DNA from: Catajapyx aquilonaris
Lineage: Eukaryota
Reading direction: 5' to 3'
DNA length: 64,000 bases
NCBI GenBank assembly: GCA_000934665.2
Contig: KZ538405.1
Location: 1 to 64,000 of the forward strand
Shown: positions 14,417-27,700 of the stretch, in pieces
Numbering within the stretch: the first letter of the stretch is position 1
Layout of the letters: each line of letters begins with the position of its first letter
Program-made: the position numbers and the translations under genes
Notes under the pieces: generated by a model
Databases searched by the model: none
The model's input: the letters and a program-made list of their open reading frames with translations, nothing else
What the model was told of the DNA's origin: nothing

Positions 14417-17400
14417 GAAACGCTCATGGGAGATGAGCTTGTATACATACAGTGCACGTGCATTGAAAACCTCTGGGCATATGCTTGTTAGCTCGTAATG
14501 AGAACAGTTTTGGAAAGGGCTCGGTTGTTTCGCTGATTTTATATCCCCGTTGGATAAATACGAAGCAGTTAGCATAAAGGACAGATTAATGTTAACTTCA
14601 GATGTTGCATGCAGGTTATACTGTGCTGCAGTTAAATTAAGCGCCCGAGGGCTTGTTGAAATACGTAAAATAATATTACGACAATTGCGTAGTGCCTTTG
14701 TTGGTTTTAGATAGTACCTTCAGTAATACACCTAACTTTATTTGGTCTACTGAGAACTAGTCTCTTGCCTGAAGGTAGTGCTTATAATGCCGTATTATGT
14801 TCGTATCAGTTCCCATTATGCTTACGAAGAATTAGCACAGGACTGTACTTCTATATGAATACATGGAAACTTGCACAACCTTTGTTTTTCATGCAAAAAT
14901 AGCGCCCAAAGCTTGCTGCAGAAGATAAGCCAAACACTGTTGTCAAACACGAAATACTCTTAACATAGAGCACACCACAATGGTCATTATAATTCAAGGA
15001 GTTAGTGCACATTAGCGTCTTGACTGAAAGTAATTAGAGTAAATTAGTAAGTGACTTACATCCACCAGGGTCCCTATAATTTTGTGCAATGGACTCAACT
15101 TTCCACATTTTTTTCCCCCCACCATGCTCGGATTAATTTTGTGTGTCTTGCCTTCGAAACCCTACCATTAGCGTAGGTAGAAAATTGCCCATGTCAGGTT
15201 AATTGTCCGTTCTACAAGGTGCAAGTGTGTTGAATGTGCGATACCGGCTCAATTTGGCAAGGGAGAGCGACAAGTGTAAATCAAAATAATGCAGGGCTTA
15301 TTAGATTCAAAACAAGCACGTGTTCTGATTGCCTAAAATTTACGTCGAAAGTAGAGCCCCGTTGCGTCATTGACAGTAATTGAATAATAGTTTTTTTTTC
15401 TTAATTTTCTGTAATTGATACATCCAGCCATGAATTTTTGTTTGTGAACTGTTTTATTATTGGCGATATATAGCAAAATAACTGTTCAGAATAATTGAAA
15501 GTGTACAACGTCAGAGCCTGCTGGATATGACTTGGTAAATGCATTCACTTCAGTCTGCTGCTGGTGTTTCGCTTTAATTACAGCTCGGAATATTGGGCTG
15601 AAATAGTGAAAGCCGGCATGATAGTTTTAACGCCTTTTGATATACTCCCGTTTAATTACCCCCGACACCTCTGAGGACGTAAGTCATGCCCAGATGCCTA
15701 AAATCTCGCCTTTCTCCTACAAATGGTTGTTTTTTTGTGTGTGTCTCTTTAGCGGTTGAAAGAAGCCGGTTTTCGGATGCATGTAAACGAGCTTCTACTT
15801 TTGAGCTGTTTTGAGTCTCTAAAGAAACCATCTAGTTGTATGTCAAGGACTCGAGCACTAATTACTGCAGAGTCCAGCCTTCTACTTTACGACCCCCGTG
15901 CTCTGGCATATACATGAATTGGCGATGGAGATGGCTATAATGCTGATATCTGAATTTATATTGGAATGTAGTACAGCGGGTCAAGGGTGCAAGTAGGGTG
16001 ATTCTTATAAGCATATTGGGTGTCACGCGGAAGTATTCAGGCCGTACTTGATATACCTTAGTAGGTAACATGAGAGATAAACGGGTGGAGAAGAAAGAAA
16101 GAAAAAAAAAAGTTGGTTAACGAGGCAGTGAGATATACGGGTTTGGGTGGGGTTGCAGATATGCGACGTAATTGACCTCACATAATACAAGACCGTTCCA
16201 TTAAAAGCGGCCGTGTACTGTTGTCTTTTCTGCGCCTACGGGGGACCTGTGTGATTAACAGGCGGTAAATTCCTGGCGGGAAATTTTTGTGTGCAGTTTT
16301 AAATTGCTAAATCGAGGTCGCTTGTTTGTTTAACCCATTTGCTACTTGTGGTGTCTGCTTTTCATTTTTCATTTTTTTTTGACCGTTGAGGGAAAAATAC
16401 AAGGTGATTCTCTGCCTAGATTTCACCAGTATTTTGTAGGAATGTTGTGGGACACCCTGTGCAGGGGTGAAACACCGGCGCATTGCCATTAATTTTGGGT
16501 GCTTAAATTTCCTGGATGTCAAGGCTGCAACAATCCCCCATTCTCAGCACGGAAAAGTTAATGGAGATGATGAAACTAAGGAGCTTGCCACCCTCCCTCG
16601 TACAGTAATATATTTGAGTTGTTGCGTATTAAAATGGACGGCTTCGGGCATCATTAATTCTTTTTAATGTTAGGTTGTCGCGGAAGTTGATGCGAACTGG
16701 TATTAATGGGATAATTATGTAAACTATAGAGGGTGTAATCAGGACTGTATTTAATTGAATTGAGGGGAGAAGGAAGGAAAGCTGAGATTGAAATACACAC
16801 GGTTTGTTGGAAATGGTGTGATATTGTTGCATGCTGTGCGAATATCGTGCACTGTGTATGTTATCATGAGCACTGTACGTCTTGCGTCAAAGCGATAATT
16901 ACATTCTAACGTGAGACATTGCTTTCGGGAGAAAATAAAGAAGCGTTCAGGGGGTTCGGGACGCGTGACTTATCATCAAAGCGATATGTCGATTCTGGAA
17001 AATGAAATATTTTTTTTTTAAAGCGGCAGCACTTGATCACGAACGGCAGTAAATCCACGTCATATTTTTATTGCCAATATGGAAACGTTTTTATTCGGAA
17101 CCGATACGCTCGTTTAACGTCCCTTCCCCCCTTTTGAAATGGAACTTTGGTCGGTGCCTTGTAACATTTCGTATATGCGATTTTTTTTAACGATCGCTTT
17201 TTTATGCGGAGTAACGTGGCCGCAATTTGCATAAACGAGACATTATTTGCAGCGATTTTTGCAAATGAAGCTGAAACTATCAAAATAGAGCTCGAATTAC
17301 TGGGAGGTTGGAGTTATAGTCTTTCGAATTGCGTTCCGTGCTATAGTTGAGGTTTTCATTAGAGCAAAATGGATGGTAAATACTGTGTAAAATTAGTGTA

Positions 17401-17429
17401 AAATTTTTGGCAGATGCATCCAAGCGAAC

Positions 17430-17950
17430 AGAAATTTTCTTCCTATAATAGTGACGAGTTAGGCCGGACAGTTTCATTGCAAAAATGCAGTTAAAATTAT
17501 ACAGAATGATCTCACACTTGAAACAACACCCTATGCATTTTGGTATAATTTAACTTCCAGCTTGATTTTTGCTGGTAACAGTGATTCCTAAGCTGATTGA
17601 GACAAATTGTTTGCTGAAATCAATTATTTTCATGAACGTTTTCGGCGGATTTTATTGCGATATTTTCCGATTGCTGATGCGAACAAAATGATTTTTGCAC
17701 TGAGCACTAACGGATGTTCTTCCTATAATAATGACGAATAAGTCAAGAATGTTTTATTGCAAATGTGCACTTTAAATTTAGTGATTTTTTGCTCTTTTCC
17801 ATACTTCAAGCAGCACCTAATATTTTTTTAAAATTTCCTGCCCATTCAATTTTTGGTTGATTGGAACAAAATTTTTTACTCTAATCAATTATTTTTTCTG
17901 AACGTTTTCGGTGGATTTTATTGCGATGTTTTCCGATTGCGGATGCGGAC
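17430..17950. repeat. Degenerate tandem duplication, period ~270-280 bp
   Basis: TTCTTCCTATAATA.TGACGA at ~17437 and ~17717; AATCAATTATTTT..TGAACGTTTTCGG.GGATTTTATTGCGAT.TTTTCCGATTGC.GATGCG at ~17617 and ~17883. Confidence 0.85.
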
Positions 17951-18237
17951 TTTGGCATGTTCGACTCTGAGTACACGATCCTGGGGGATTAAAATGGTAT
18001 TAGACGCGCATCGCTCCCTGGCACGTAACCAGATTAGACGTGTAGGTGTCAGGAGCTTGTCTTCTCCAAAAGTACAGGCAGGCCGATTACTGTGGTGGTT
18101 CTCGAGTAGTCCGCTAGTGGCGCCGGCGCCTGCTTTGCGAAGTGGCGCCTGGCTAGAGGAGTGCAGTGGCCTCACTTTGTAACGGGTTGGGACAAGGAAG
18201 GTTTGTCCGGTTGGTCTGTGCTGTGGGGACATGAAGG

Positions 18238-18324
18238 ATGAAGCAGGTCAGGGGACCAGAGGAAGTGGCCAAGATGAAGATGAGAAAGAAGACCATTCCG
18301 ATCATCACACAGGAGCTGTGGAAG
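18238..18324 (+). CDS. Candidate alternative first coding exon of MAST (MKQVRGPEEVAKMKMRKKTIPIITQELWK)
   Basis: Purine-rich exon-like block ending AAG|GTACTG. It is phase 0 from ATG 18238 (fits 24528) or phase 1 from ATG 18231 (fits 29645). Confidence 0.5.
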
Positions 18325-21300
18325 GTACTGAGTTTTTCGAAAAATGGCCACCTTCTGAATCTCTGATAGTTGAATTATTCAGATTTCAAGGGGTTTGGGG
18401 ATCGATGCAGTAATACTTGCTCCTGTTGGTTGATTAGGCGAAGAAGAAAAAGGATTTTATGTTTCTGTACGGATCCGGGGACGTTTATTTTGCCAATGGG
18501 ACCTGAATCGATTGGACGGTCGTGGTGTGAATATTCAATGATATGGTGTCCACGTGACCCTTCCCCGAACGGGACAAAAGTGCACTGACAATGCAGCAAA
18601 AAAAGTGTTGCATTCATGCATATACTGGAGCGGTCAAAATGACGACGATTCGTTGTGTTGCAAGGTCCAGAACAATGCAGCATGACTTGTGACGTAAGCT
18701 ATCGCTAGAAACTTGGTATGTTGTTTGTGACACACTTTTGTGCATAAAATGCTTGTCTGCATCATTGTGACACTGTGGGTAATATCATGCACTGAAAACG
18801 CATATTATCACACGCCTTGGTGCGTGTTTATGGGCGAAAGTACCAAGTTTTGATTGCATTTAACAGTGAATATTGCAACACGGATCGTCTTCGGTACGTC
18901 ATCCAGAACAGGTTTTCTTATTTTGATGTTTCCTTATATGCCGTGGTGGTAGATCTGGAACAAAAGTGACACTCATGACAGTGACCTGCATTTCTTTTAT
19001 GACTGTGAAAAACGTCACACAAGTTTTTTTTTGCAAAACATACGCACCAAAAATTGACGTAGTTTCATCCCTCTTCCTACGCAGCACGAAGAGGAGTCGC
19101 AAGCATCATGTTTCATATTTAAAAAAAATTGCGTTACCTTATCAGGAGAGAAAGCCATGTGATTGTAGCCGTGCATTTAGGTTATCTGCGTTGTGATAAA
19201 ACTTATAGCGAGGGAAAAATTATGTATGATGCTGGATCGAAGACCAGCAATTACAAACGTTACAATGTTGGCAGTGTTACAACCTTGCCTTTTGTTGTAA
19301 CAAGGTGTCGCACGACCCATTACTAGTGTCTTATCACCGCATTGTATCTGAGCAATTGTGTGATTGACAAACGATTAGTTTTGACGCGGCTTATAAGGTG
19401 AAACTGGCTATTAATTCGAGTCGTGGGTTCGGACAGTTTTCAAAACCTGTTTTTTGCGCTGTTGTCCTACTTCGAGCAGCTATGGAAAAATGCTGGAACG
19501 CACGAAAGCGTGAAATCAGAAGTAATGGTCTTCAAAGGAGGATCTCAAATCGTGGTTACCACATATTCCCGTTTGTTTCTCTTGATAACGATCCACGGAC
19601 ACAATGCGGATGTGGAAAATAATAAAAAGAAAAAAAGAAAACGAAAAAAAAGAAGGTTCAGCGCATGCCTTCAACTCTGTACACACTCATATTTATACGG
19701 TGGTTTTTAAATTTATGTATGGGACTGTCCGGGCGAGGCTTTTGCATGCGTGGCAGAAATGCTGGTCGCACAGAGTACGGAAATAATTTTCTCACGAGGT
19801 TTCCAGACGATTAAGCAATTAAGTTAAGTTATGGTGCTATTTGTGTACTGCTGGATGAAGTTTTTTGAAATGGGTCAGTTGTCAGGCATCATGATACAAA
19901 ACGGGAAAATATTATGGTTTCTATGCTGATTCTTACACTATAATACATTGCGCAAGTTATTTTGGTAACGTTAAAGTGTCACAATTGATCAGTCGTTGGA
20001 TTCTTACGACGTACTTGTGCCGCTCTGCCGTAAATTGACCTTGCATTCGTAAGATTATGTTGCACATTATTTGAACATTTGTTAGCAGCATATGACGACA
20101 TTGGATGCTACTGGCCGTGATTTAATAATAAATCGTATATATCGATGTACGCCATGTATGTGCCGTCTCCTGGCAACTAAAAAAAAACACATTCGTAGGC
20201 AATTTCCAGAATATTTTTCATATTCTGATAACTATCGGTTCAATTTTTTGCGGGAACAAACTGTGTGATGTACTCTATCCGTTCCAGCAGGTTGCATTTT
20301 TACTGCCTCTTTTCAGTGTTTGAGCGATCGAGCTGCCCATTTTTGGAGCAGTGTTCAGATTAATCGACATGTTATAAGTCAGACACTAGCTGCACAGCAC
20401 ACGCCCTTCTAATCATTAAAACGACCCTGCTACCATGTTAATCCCTGCTAATTCCGGATCATTTGCGTATAAATGGAAGGTCAGGGTGACACCATTAGTC
20501 GCTTTCCTATAAATACATTTTCTTGATAACGTGGGGGAAAATGGTATAGGAATATTATTAGGCCAATCCATGGCCGCCAAAAAGTTTTGCAAGTTCAAGT
20601 TGGGAATATTTTGGCTCAATTATAACCACCGGCTGTGTGCATTACAGTGAATGTTCATTTCTGGTCAACTTTTGGAAAAGTTGTCTTGCGAATTCGCTTT
20701 GCTTTCCTTTCGCCTGAGACTGTTGAGTTAAAGCAAACAGTTTGCTGTTTGAACTATAGATAGAGGATATAGCAAGTTTCGGCGTGGATTCCTCTTGGGT
20801 TCTGTCGCCGCGAATGGAGGTCAATTGGTGTCCAGATTCGGATCCTCGTGGGGAATTGACCAACACCAAGACATTGCTGATTCCAATTGACCCCCCTGTT
20901 GATTCTCGTTTGATCCGAGCCAATTTTAACCGGGAGACTGGTTCAGGTTGATTTACACCTTGCTGAGGGGTTTTCTGGACACCAGTTTATGCAATGGTGC
21001 ACTCCGGATTGTACCGAGTTGAAACACCCAGCAGTCATCTGCTTACACCTTCACCTGTTGATTGAACAGACGTTTGTATGACGACGCTATCGTTATCCGT
21101 CGGTTATTGTAGGTCATTACAGATTCTACTGTTAAGATACACCCGTCGCCGTCAAAGATTTATTCTTGTTAATCATCATCATGATTCAAGTGCATAAAGA
21201 CTATTTGAAACTAATATTTAGAGGGCGTATATACATGCAGATCAAAATACTCCCAAGGGACTGATAGCACTCGGGGCAAACTCCTCTCATATTAAGTTCA

Positions 21301-23966
21301 CTTCGTCCCAAAAATTAGTCCGTGTAACTACGTTAAAAAGTGGGTCGTGTAATACGGGACTAGTAGGCGCGTCGGTAATTGGCTATCAGCAGAGGTTGCT
21401 AATGTGTCCGACAGGGGAAATTATTCCTTTCGCGGAAGGTTAATTAATCCGATTGCTGAACCTCCATCCGAAAGTCACGACCCAGATATTTCTTAAATTC
21501 GCCAACTTCTGACAACTGAGAATTTCCGCGTTGCATGGCTGCCAAAATTTTCAAGTGTTGCGCATCAGTGGTAGAAAATGGGCCTATAATACCTGCGCAG
21601 TATATTTACTGCTCGAAAGTTTGGCAAAAGTTGTAACATTTTTTTACAGTCAACTTTTTGCAAGAAAACCTTGACACCGTTCCGGGTTCATAATTATGTT
21701 ACGTGGAACATATTGATTTGCGAGTTTTTTTTTTTTTTTTTTTGGGGAAAAAAATATANGGGGGGGGGGGGGGGGGGGGAAGGCGCGGGCACCCTGTGGC
21801 TTGGGGAGAAAAAAAGGCGGGAAGAAATGAAAAGTGGGTTCTCGTGTTTCGCACTATCGCATTGTTTCTGCACGAATGGTTTATCGAGGCCATATACCGC
21901 CGGCTGTGTTTTTGCGAGCGACGAATGCCAAGCCGACGGTACTTTTCGCGACGATGGAGACCATGTTTTGTCATTTTCGCGAAAAAACAATAATCAGGCT
22001 TGCCATAATATTGTGCGGTAATATGTGATTTTTTTTCTTTTTTTCACAAAGAGTGTTACTTTCTTGTTGGAACGCCCTGTACAAAAATTGCAGCCGGCGG
22101 TATTCACAGCACAAGAGGTTCGATATTTCCAATTTGTCTTCTGAGAAAATGTCGATTCCTCCCCCGCTTAGTATGCATCGATAGTTTCGTACATTTGCAA
22201 AGGTATTTTGTTCGGCGCGAATTTGCTAATAGTATACAACCAGGTCCCATTAGCAGTGAGGGGCAAAATAAAAAGTATATATAGACCCTCCCATTTTCAG
22301 TGTTTGAAATGCATCGAAGCGATGGATTCAAATTGGGTTTTCCGGATCATTATCCGGGCCAATTACCTCTTGTTATTTACATGTATACCGGTACGTGCAG
22401 GCAGTAAATGTCCGGATAGGAGGATTTATAGGCCTGTTTCCACGTAGTCTGATAGCAACTGCAACCTTGTTTCTGAGGGTAAACAATTTGTAATTTGTGG
22501 ACTCGAGCAAAATTCGGTCTGTCCTAAGATAGTACATTTACGTCACTCGTCAAGACATGTGCCAGGATGCAGCATATTTTGGACAGCGGTACCTCTCTGC
22601 TGGGGTGAATTCTTCGCAGTTGTCGTGGTCCGAAAATATAACGTCACAATCGCTTTAAAAAAAATATGCATGCGTCCCTGAAATGGAAACGTCACGTTCA
22701 CAACAAAAGGCAGGGGGATTTATGGCGACGTTTTTGCGGTACCGGACGATAGTGGTCAAAAACAACCGATTAATCTTGGCCAACAACGTGGGCACTGTAC
22801 CGGTACTGTGTACAGCCACACCAAATTGCAGGACATGCAGTTTTGGTGTCTATTAATGTCGCGTGTCTTTTAACTAATTTCGACTCGGCTTGTTGACTTC
22901 TAGGTGCGCTATAGAATTATGTTGCTTTACTGTTGCATTGCTTGGGTATGATGCATCAAATGGGTACTGGCCATGTTTGGAGTCGGGTCAAGGTGCCGCA
23001 GGTTACTCTTCGCCCACCTTCTGCTCACGACGGTACAGCATTCTTTCGAATTGCGTGTAATTTGGACAAAACAGGTCTCGAGCCAATCCTTAGCGCCTAG
23101 GATGTCAGTGACCCTCAATTAGCATACATACACACGATGACTCAACCCGGTCCGCAATTTTATCTCAACTATCCGCCAACTTAAAGACTAATGAGGACGA
23201 CACCCCCGCCAAAATTTTTGGGCTTAAAAAAAAATACCAAGTCCTGCGCAGTGACAAGGAATAGACACCAGCCGGCTGTTGCAGGTACGGAGAAAGAGGA
23301 ATGGTGTCGTGATGCTAAATGAAGAAGCACATGTTGCGTTACCTCTAGTTCCAAAATATTGCAACTTGCTCCACTTCGAGGTCACTACCTCATCCCAAAG
23401 AAGGTTTTGGAACGAAAGAAGCCGCGCCTCATTCTAAGGATTATATGCTCTGTCCGAGGTCCCCACTTTTGCCGTCCTATCGATTTACCTGTTGGCCTCT
23501 TCTGAAAAGGTGGACCTTGAACATGCAGGTTGCGTTCACCTGGATGTTACCCTTTTTTTATATATATAAGTCGATAGATTCGCACAAGCTGTATAGCAAG
23601 CGATTTTGCAAGCGATGGGCGGATAAGCGGTGTTGTTGACCGTTTGATCAAAATAGACGAAAAGTTGCAGCGTATTTCGATTGTTACGAACGGAAATTGA
23701 GTGGTGTAATTTCCGTAACATTGCGCAAGTTCCCAAGGTTTGGGCACCACGAAGCACCGTCGGCTTCTTCTTTCAATCTCAGCATCCTTTGAGTGGAATG
23801 TCCTTGTGGGGGTCCGCCGGATAAGATTTAATTACAGCAGACACAACTGAACTAAGGCTCGTACACTATAGGTCAAGCAGACCAAGATTGAATTTCAGTC
23901 TCCAGATGACAAACCCTGTCTTTCGCTAGGCTAGACAATTTCATTGCATTTTTGACGTGTGGACGT

Positions 23967-24022
23967 ACAGGGTGAGTCATAATTGCAATTGGAGCATTGT
24001 ACAAGCAAGTGACTCACCCTGT
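23967..24022. mobile_element. Tiny Tc1/mariner-type MITE remnant (CAGGGTG termini)
   Basis: Perfect 13-bp inverted repeat ACAGGGTGAGTCA / TGACTCACCCTGT; TA precedes the left CAGGGTG. Confidence 0.6.
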
Positions 24023-24527
24023 GGAGTCATCGAGTTGACGCAAACTTATCGACTCTATGCGGCTTATATCCTGACTCTTATGCAACCATCCTGCCTTGAC
24101 GAACTTGAGCCCATGATAGGCCCCACATTTTTTGGTCATGGAAGCCTGCTTATGGCCACCGGAGCGGGTCATGAATGGGGTTGTGATTTAGCTGGTTGGA
24201 TATATAACATAAGCTCCGGCCTCTCCTGAAAAGGCATGGAGCGTGGACGTGGGCGAAGCATGGTTTTTGGCTATGTGCCGTGAAAAGCAAGCGGCGCCTA
24301 GCAGTCTTAGCAGGGCTGCTGTGTCGCAATCGATGGCACTTGTTGCCTTTTGCCAGCCAAAAAGCCAGCCAAGCAGGCAAGGCACGAGGGTTGGAGGTGC
24401 CAACAGGTTTTGGCCAGGGCTCAGGAGGTGTTGTAGTGTTCCGGGATGACAATGCGTCCGAATATTTGGTTTAAGAAATATATGTCGACGAAGCCAATAA
24501 TAAAGCACATTTTTTGCGTATTTTCAG

Positions 24528-24720
24528 GGCGAGACTTTGACTGGAGGCAGTGGAAGCTTGAGTCCTCACCGATCTCTGGAAGGTGCACCAGAGGCGCCAC
24601 TGTCGCCGCTGAGGGCGCTGAGGTCGTTGGGACGACAACTGTCGGAGGACGCGAGGCGACGGAGGGAAAGTTTCGCTGCGTCGCCGTCGCTTCTGGCCGT
24701 CTGTGGCACAGTACCGTCAG
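24528..24720 (+). CDS. MAST: MAST exon ([16 protein letters not shown]...LGRQLSED...TVPS)
   Basis: Acceptor TATTTTCAG, donor CAG|GTGAGA, phase 0 to 1. The RQLSED motif resembles RQLSQD upstream of SNLVRMR in vertebrate MAST2. Confidence 0.88.
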
Positions 24721-27700
24721 GTGAGAATAAAAAAAATGACATCAAAACAAAATTTTCTGCCATTTGGAAAAACATCTGCACAGCGATAAACAAATCGGTA
24801 TGTGCAGATACGATGTTTATCCAAATGACTGCAGAAATGACAATATTTCAGTCTGCAACCAGCGTGGGTAGTAGGATTTGATGCAAAACAAGTAATAATT
24901 AGGTGGCGGACGCTTCCATAAATAATTCGTCATTAACCGGTGGTGTTGAGGGATAAAATATGGGATTACGTCGTTGGCAGTTGGGATGTTTATGCTTCGG
25001 TTGGTGGTTCATAGAGCTACATCGCCCGGGAAAATTGATCGATGAAGTGTGCAGCTCTTTGCTGAATTCCTTCAGCTTCCGCTAAGTGAACATTAGTTTA
25101 AGCCTGCAAAATGTAGAGAAATTATTATTTGGCAGCAGGATGAATTATCTCAGAAAATTGAACAAAGTGCGACGTCCTTTTTGCTCATTATTTTATCACC
25201 AGTTGGTGAAAGTGCATTTGGCATGTTGAGGAAAGTACTTGCCAACTTTCTCCATACTTTTTTGTTGTTGCTTCATCCAGCATTTTAATCCGAATTTATT
25301 GCTGAACTTTCATTTCGCCCACCTTTAATCCGCAAAAAAAAAGTGGACGTCACGTGCTATTGCTATACATTATATTATTTGCAGGACCTTTTGCACGAGC
25401 CTCGTTTGGTAGGCAAATGAGGTGCGAATTTTAATTAAAACTCTGGGGCTACGTGCAGCTCGTGCCTTGCGTTACACAGGGTTTGAAGCTAGATTGCTCA
25501 CTGAATAAATTCTCTTTTTATACGGTTGCGGTCCGGATTTTTAATCGTCTTAAATTTTGTAAGAGGACGGTTCTATAGCTCTTTTATCAGGTGTTCCTTT
25601 TGCTAGAGTGCTGCTCAAGATTGCATCCCTCTTTGGAGACAGGGGGAAAAAAAGACATCCATTAGGTCTAATCGCATTTGGCGCGTAAACCGCTATTGAC
25701 AGATTGGAGTTTGTTTGGCTGCTCCTTTTGTTCGGGACTCGACAGAATTTAATCATGCTTCAGCAGGAAGAAACTTTCTTTTTTCATATTTTTTTCCTGC
25801 TGGCTCGTAAAGTCCTCCGACGGTGTTGACTTGGATTAAATTTGAGTAGGCTAGACTTGAAGCTGGAAACATGGAAACGTTGCGAAACTTTTAGGATCGC
25901 TGCCAGAACATCGTAGGTCTGGTCTCATCATGTATCACGGATGACTTGATGCAGTTACAGCGAAATATGGAGAATCGGAAATGAGTAGTGCAATTATTTG
26001 CATTGCGTTTCCACAGCTTATGTAGTGCGATTGGATTTACTGGGCCCTAATGCGGGCATTAATTAGCAGGCAGGATTATATCACGTGTTTCGGCTCGGCA
26101 GCAATTCACATCTGCTCTAGGAACGACGGATTACGTGCTAAATGAATAATCAAATAATGGATAAACCGATCATAACTTTGGGGATGGGTTCGTATGCGAT
26201 TACTGGAGGTGTGGAAAATGGTTGGGGCTGGCGGTCCAATGGCCAGGTCATGGGTATCCGGAATATCAAGTTTAGGGGTTTTATAGGTTTTTGCTGCGGG
26301 AGGAGGGGGGGGGGGGGNGGGGACTATAATCGGGTCTCAGGTCCAGTGGGGCAGGAATAAAAGCCGATTGTTACAACTTTGGTGTCAGTGATATTGTTTG
26401 GCTCAATTCTCTGGAGATTGTCCCCTTTGCGTCTGCAAGAAACTGCGGCGCAATGATATTTTTTGGGTTCATCCTGAGAGTTGGACCTTCCTTCGTGCAG
26501 ATGAGCCTCGCGGGAAGTCCTGAACAGCCAGGATAAATAATCAGGACCAACGTTGAATATACAAACACTGTAGGATGCACTAAATTTTTCCAGAGTCAGT
26601 GGTGACAACCACTGTCATATTAAAAGCTTGCATGTTTTATTAACGAAGCGTTCCATTAGGGCACAAGTATCAAAGGAGCACTTGCTTATTTACAGACTAA
26701 CTTGGAGTGCATGTGGGTAGAGCCACTCTCATTGAATTAGTTAATCGTCAAACTCGCAGATGCCAGGACTGTGCCACATTATTATTGTATTTTTGTGATG
26801 GCCCGACGTTACATCATTCCTGATATGGCCAAGGCTGAAACTTTTTTGGGTGGTGTCCTGCATCCAGCCCAGAGCGAGAGAGAGGAAAAAGCTGGAATTT
26901 TTGCAGAGCATTTTTCTGGCTGGCTTGTTATGATTTTCACTTGCAGCCTCCCAAGGGGGTGATAACTTCTGGGCCGAGGGCCTGACGGGTAATATTTGGA
27001 GAGAACAGACAGTATCAGGATCAGTCGGGGTTCCGCCGTCTCTCAAAAGGATAGACGCGTCTTGTTTGGCTGCTGACGTGAGGAGCAGGCTTATAGAAAA
27101 GTGGAGGTCGAGATTATTATACAAAGTACTTTGACAGACACACCATTAACCAGGAAGTGAAGGTACGGCTTTTGTTCAGGCTTATATCGAGTCAGTAAGT
27201 ATAAAGTTTTGGTCCATTGGGCCATCACAATTTTAGTTCCAAGTCACGTGGGAATCACGTTGATATGGAGCGGAAAATTTTGTCGCAAAATTGCCCTGCA
27301 GTAATATTTCACACACCCATAGTTTGTTTTCCGATATCGCTTGGTTTATTCTGTGTGTTCACACAGTGTTAATGGTTGATACCGGCGTATGTTGCTAGCA
27401 TATAAATAAAGGTTAGCGCATTTGGTGCAATCATATAAATTGCGATTTTTTTTTTTAAACAAGGCGACGTAATAACGCCTGGCTTGATAAGATCCGATAA
27501 CTCAATTATGTTGGCCTTCTTCCAGTTCAGATTACCTTACTCAAACTGTATGTTTATAGACACAATTTTGTCCGATTTTTCCCCCCTGTTAGTATGGGCC
27601 GATATTCGAACTGTTTAACGGCGGAAGTTAATGGGAAAGTCCATTAACATTCCAGGCGAGTCAGGAATGTCGAAGGTCCCCCTCCATTCCTGAATTGTCC

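Noticed and set aside
14107..14575. ORFs with YIYIYI repeats (also 39288-39626)
   Set aside because: Translation of (TA)n microsatellites.
20815..20950. Short ORF MEVNWCPDSDPRGE... with a CAG|GTTGAT donor
   Set aside because: Weak donor, and phase 1 does not match the next acceptor (24528, phase 0).
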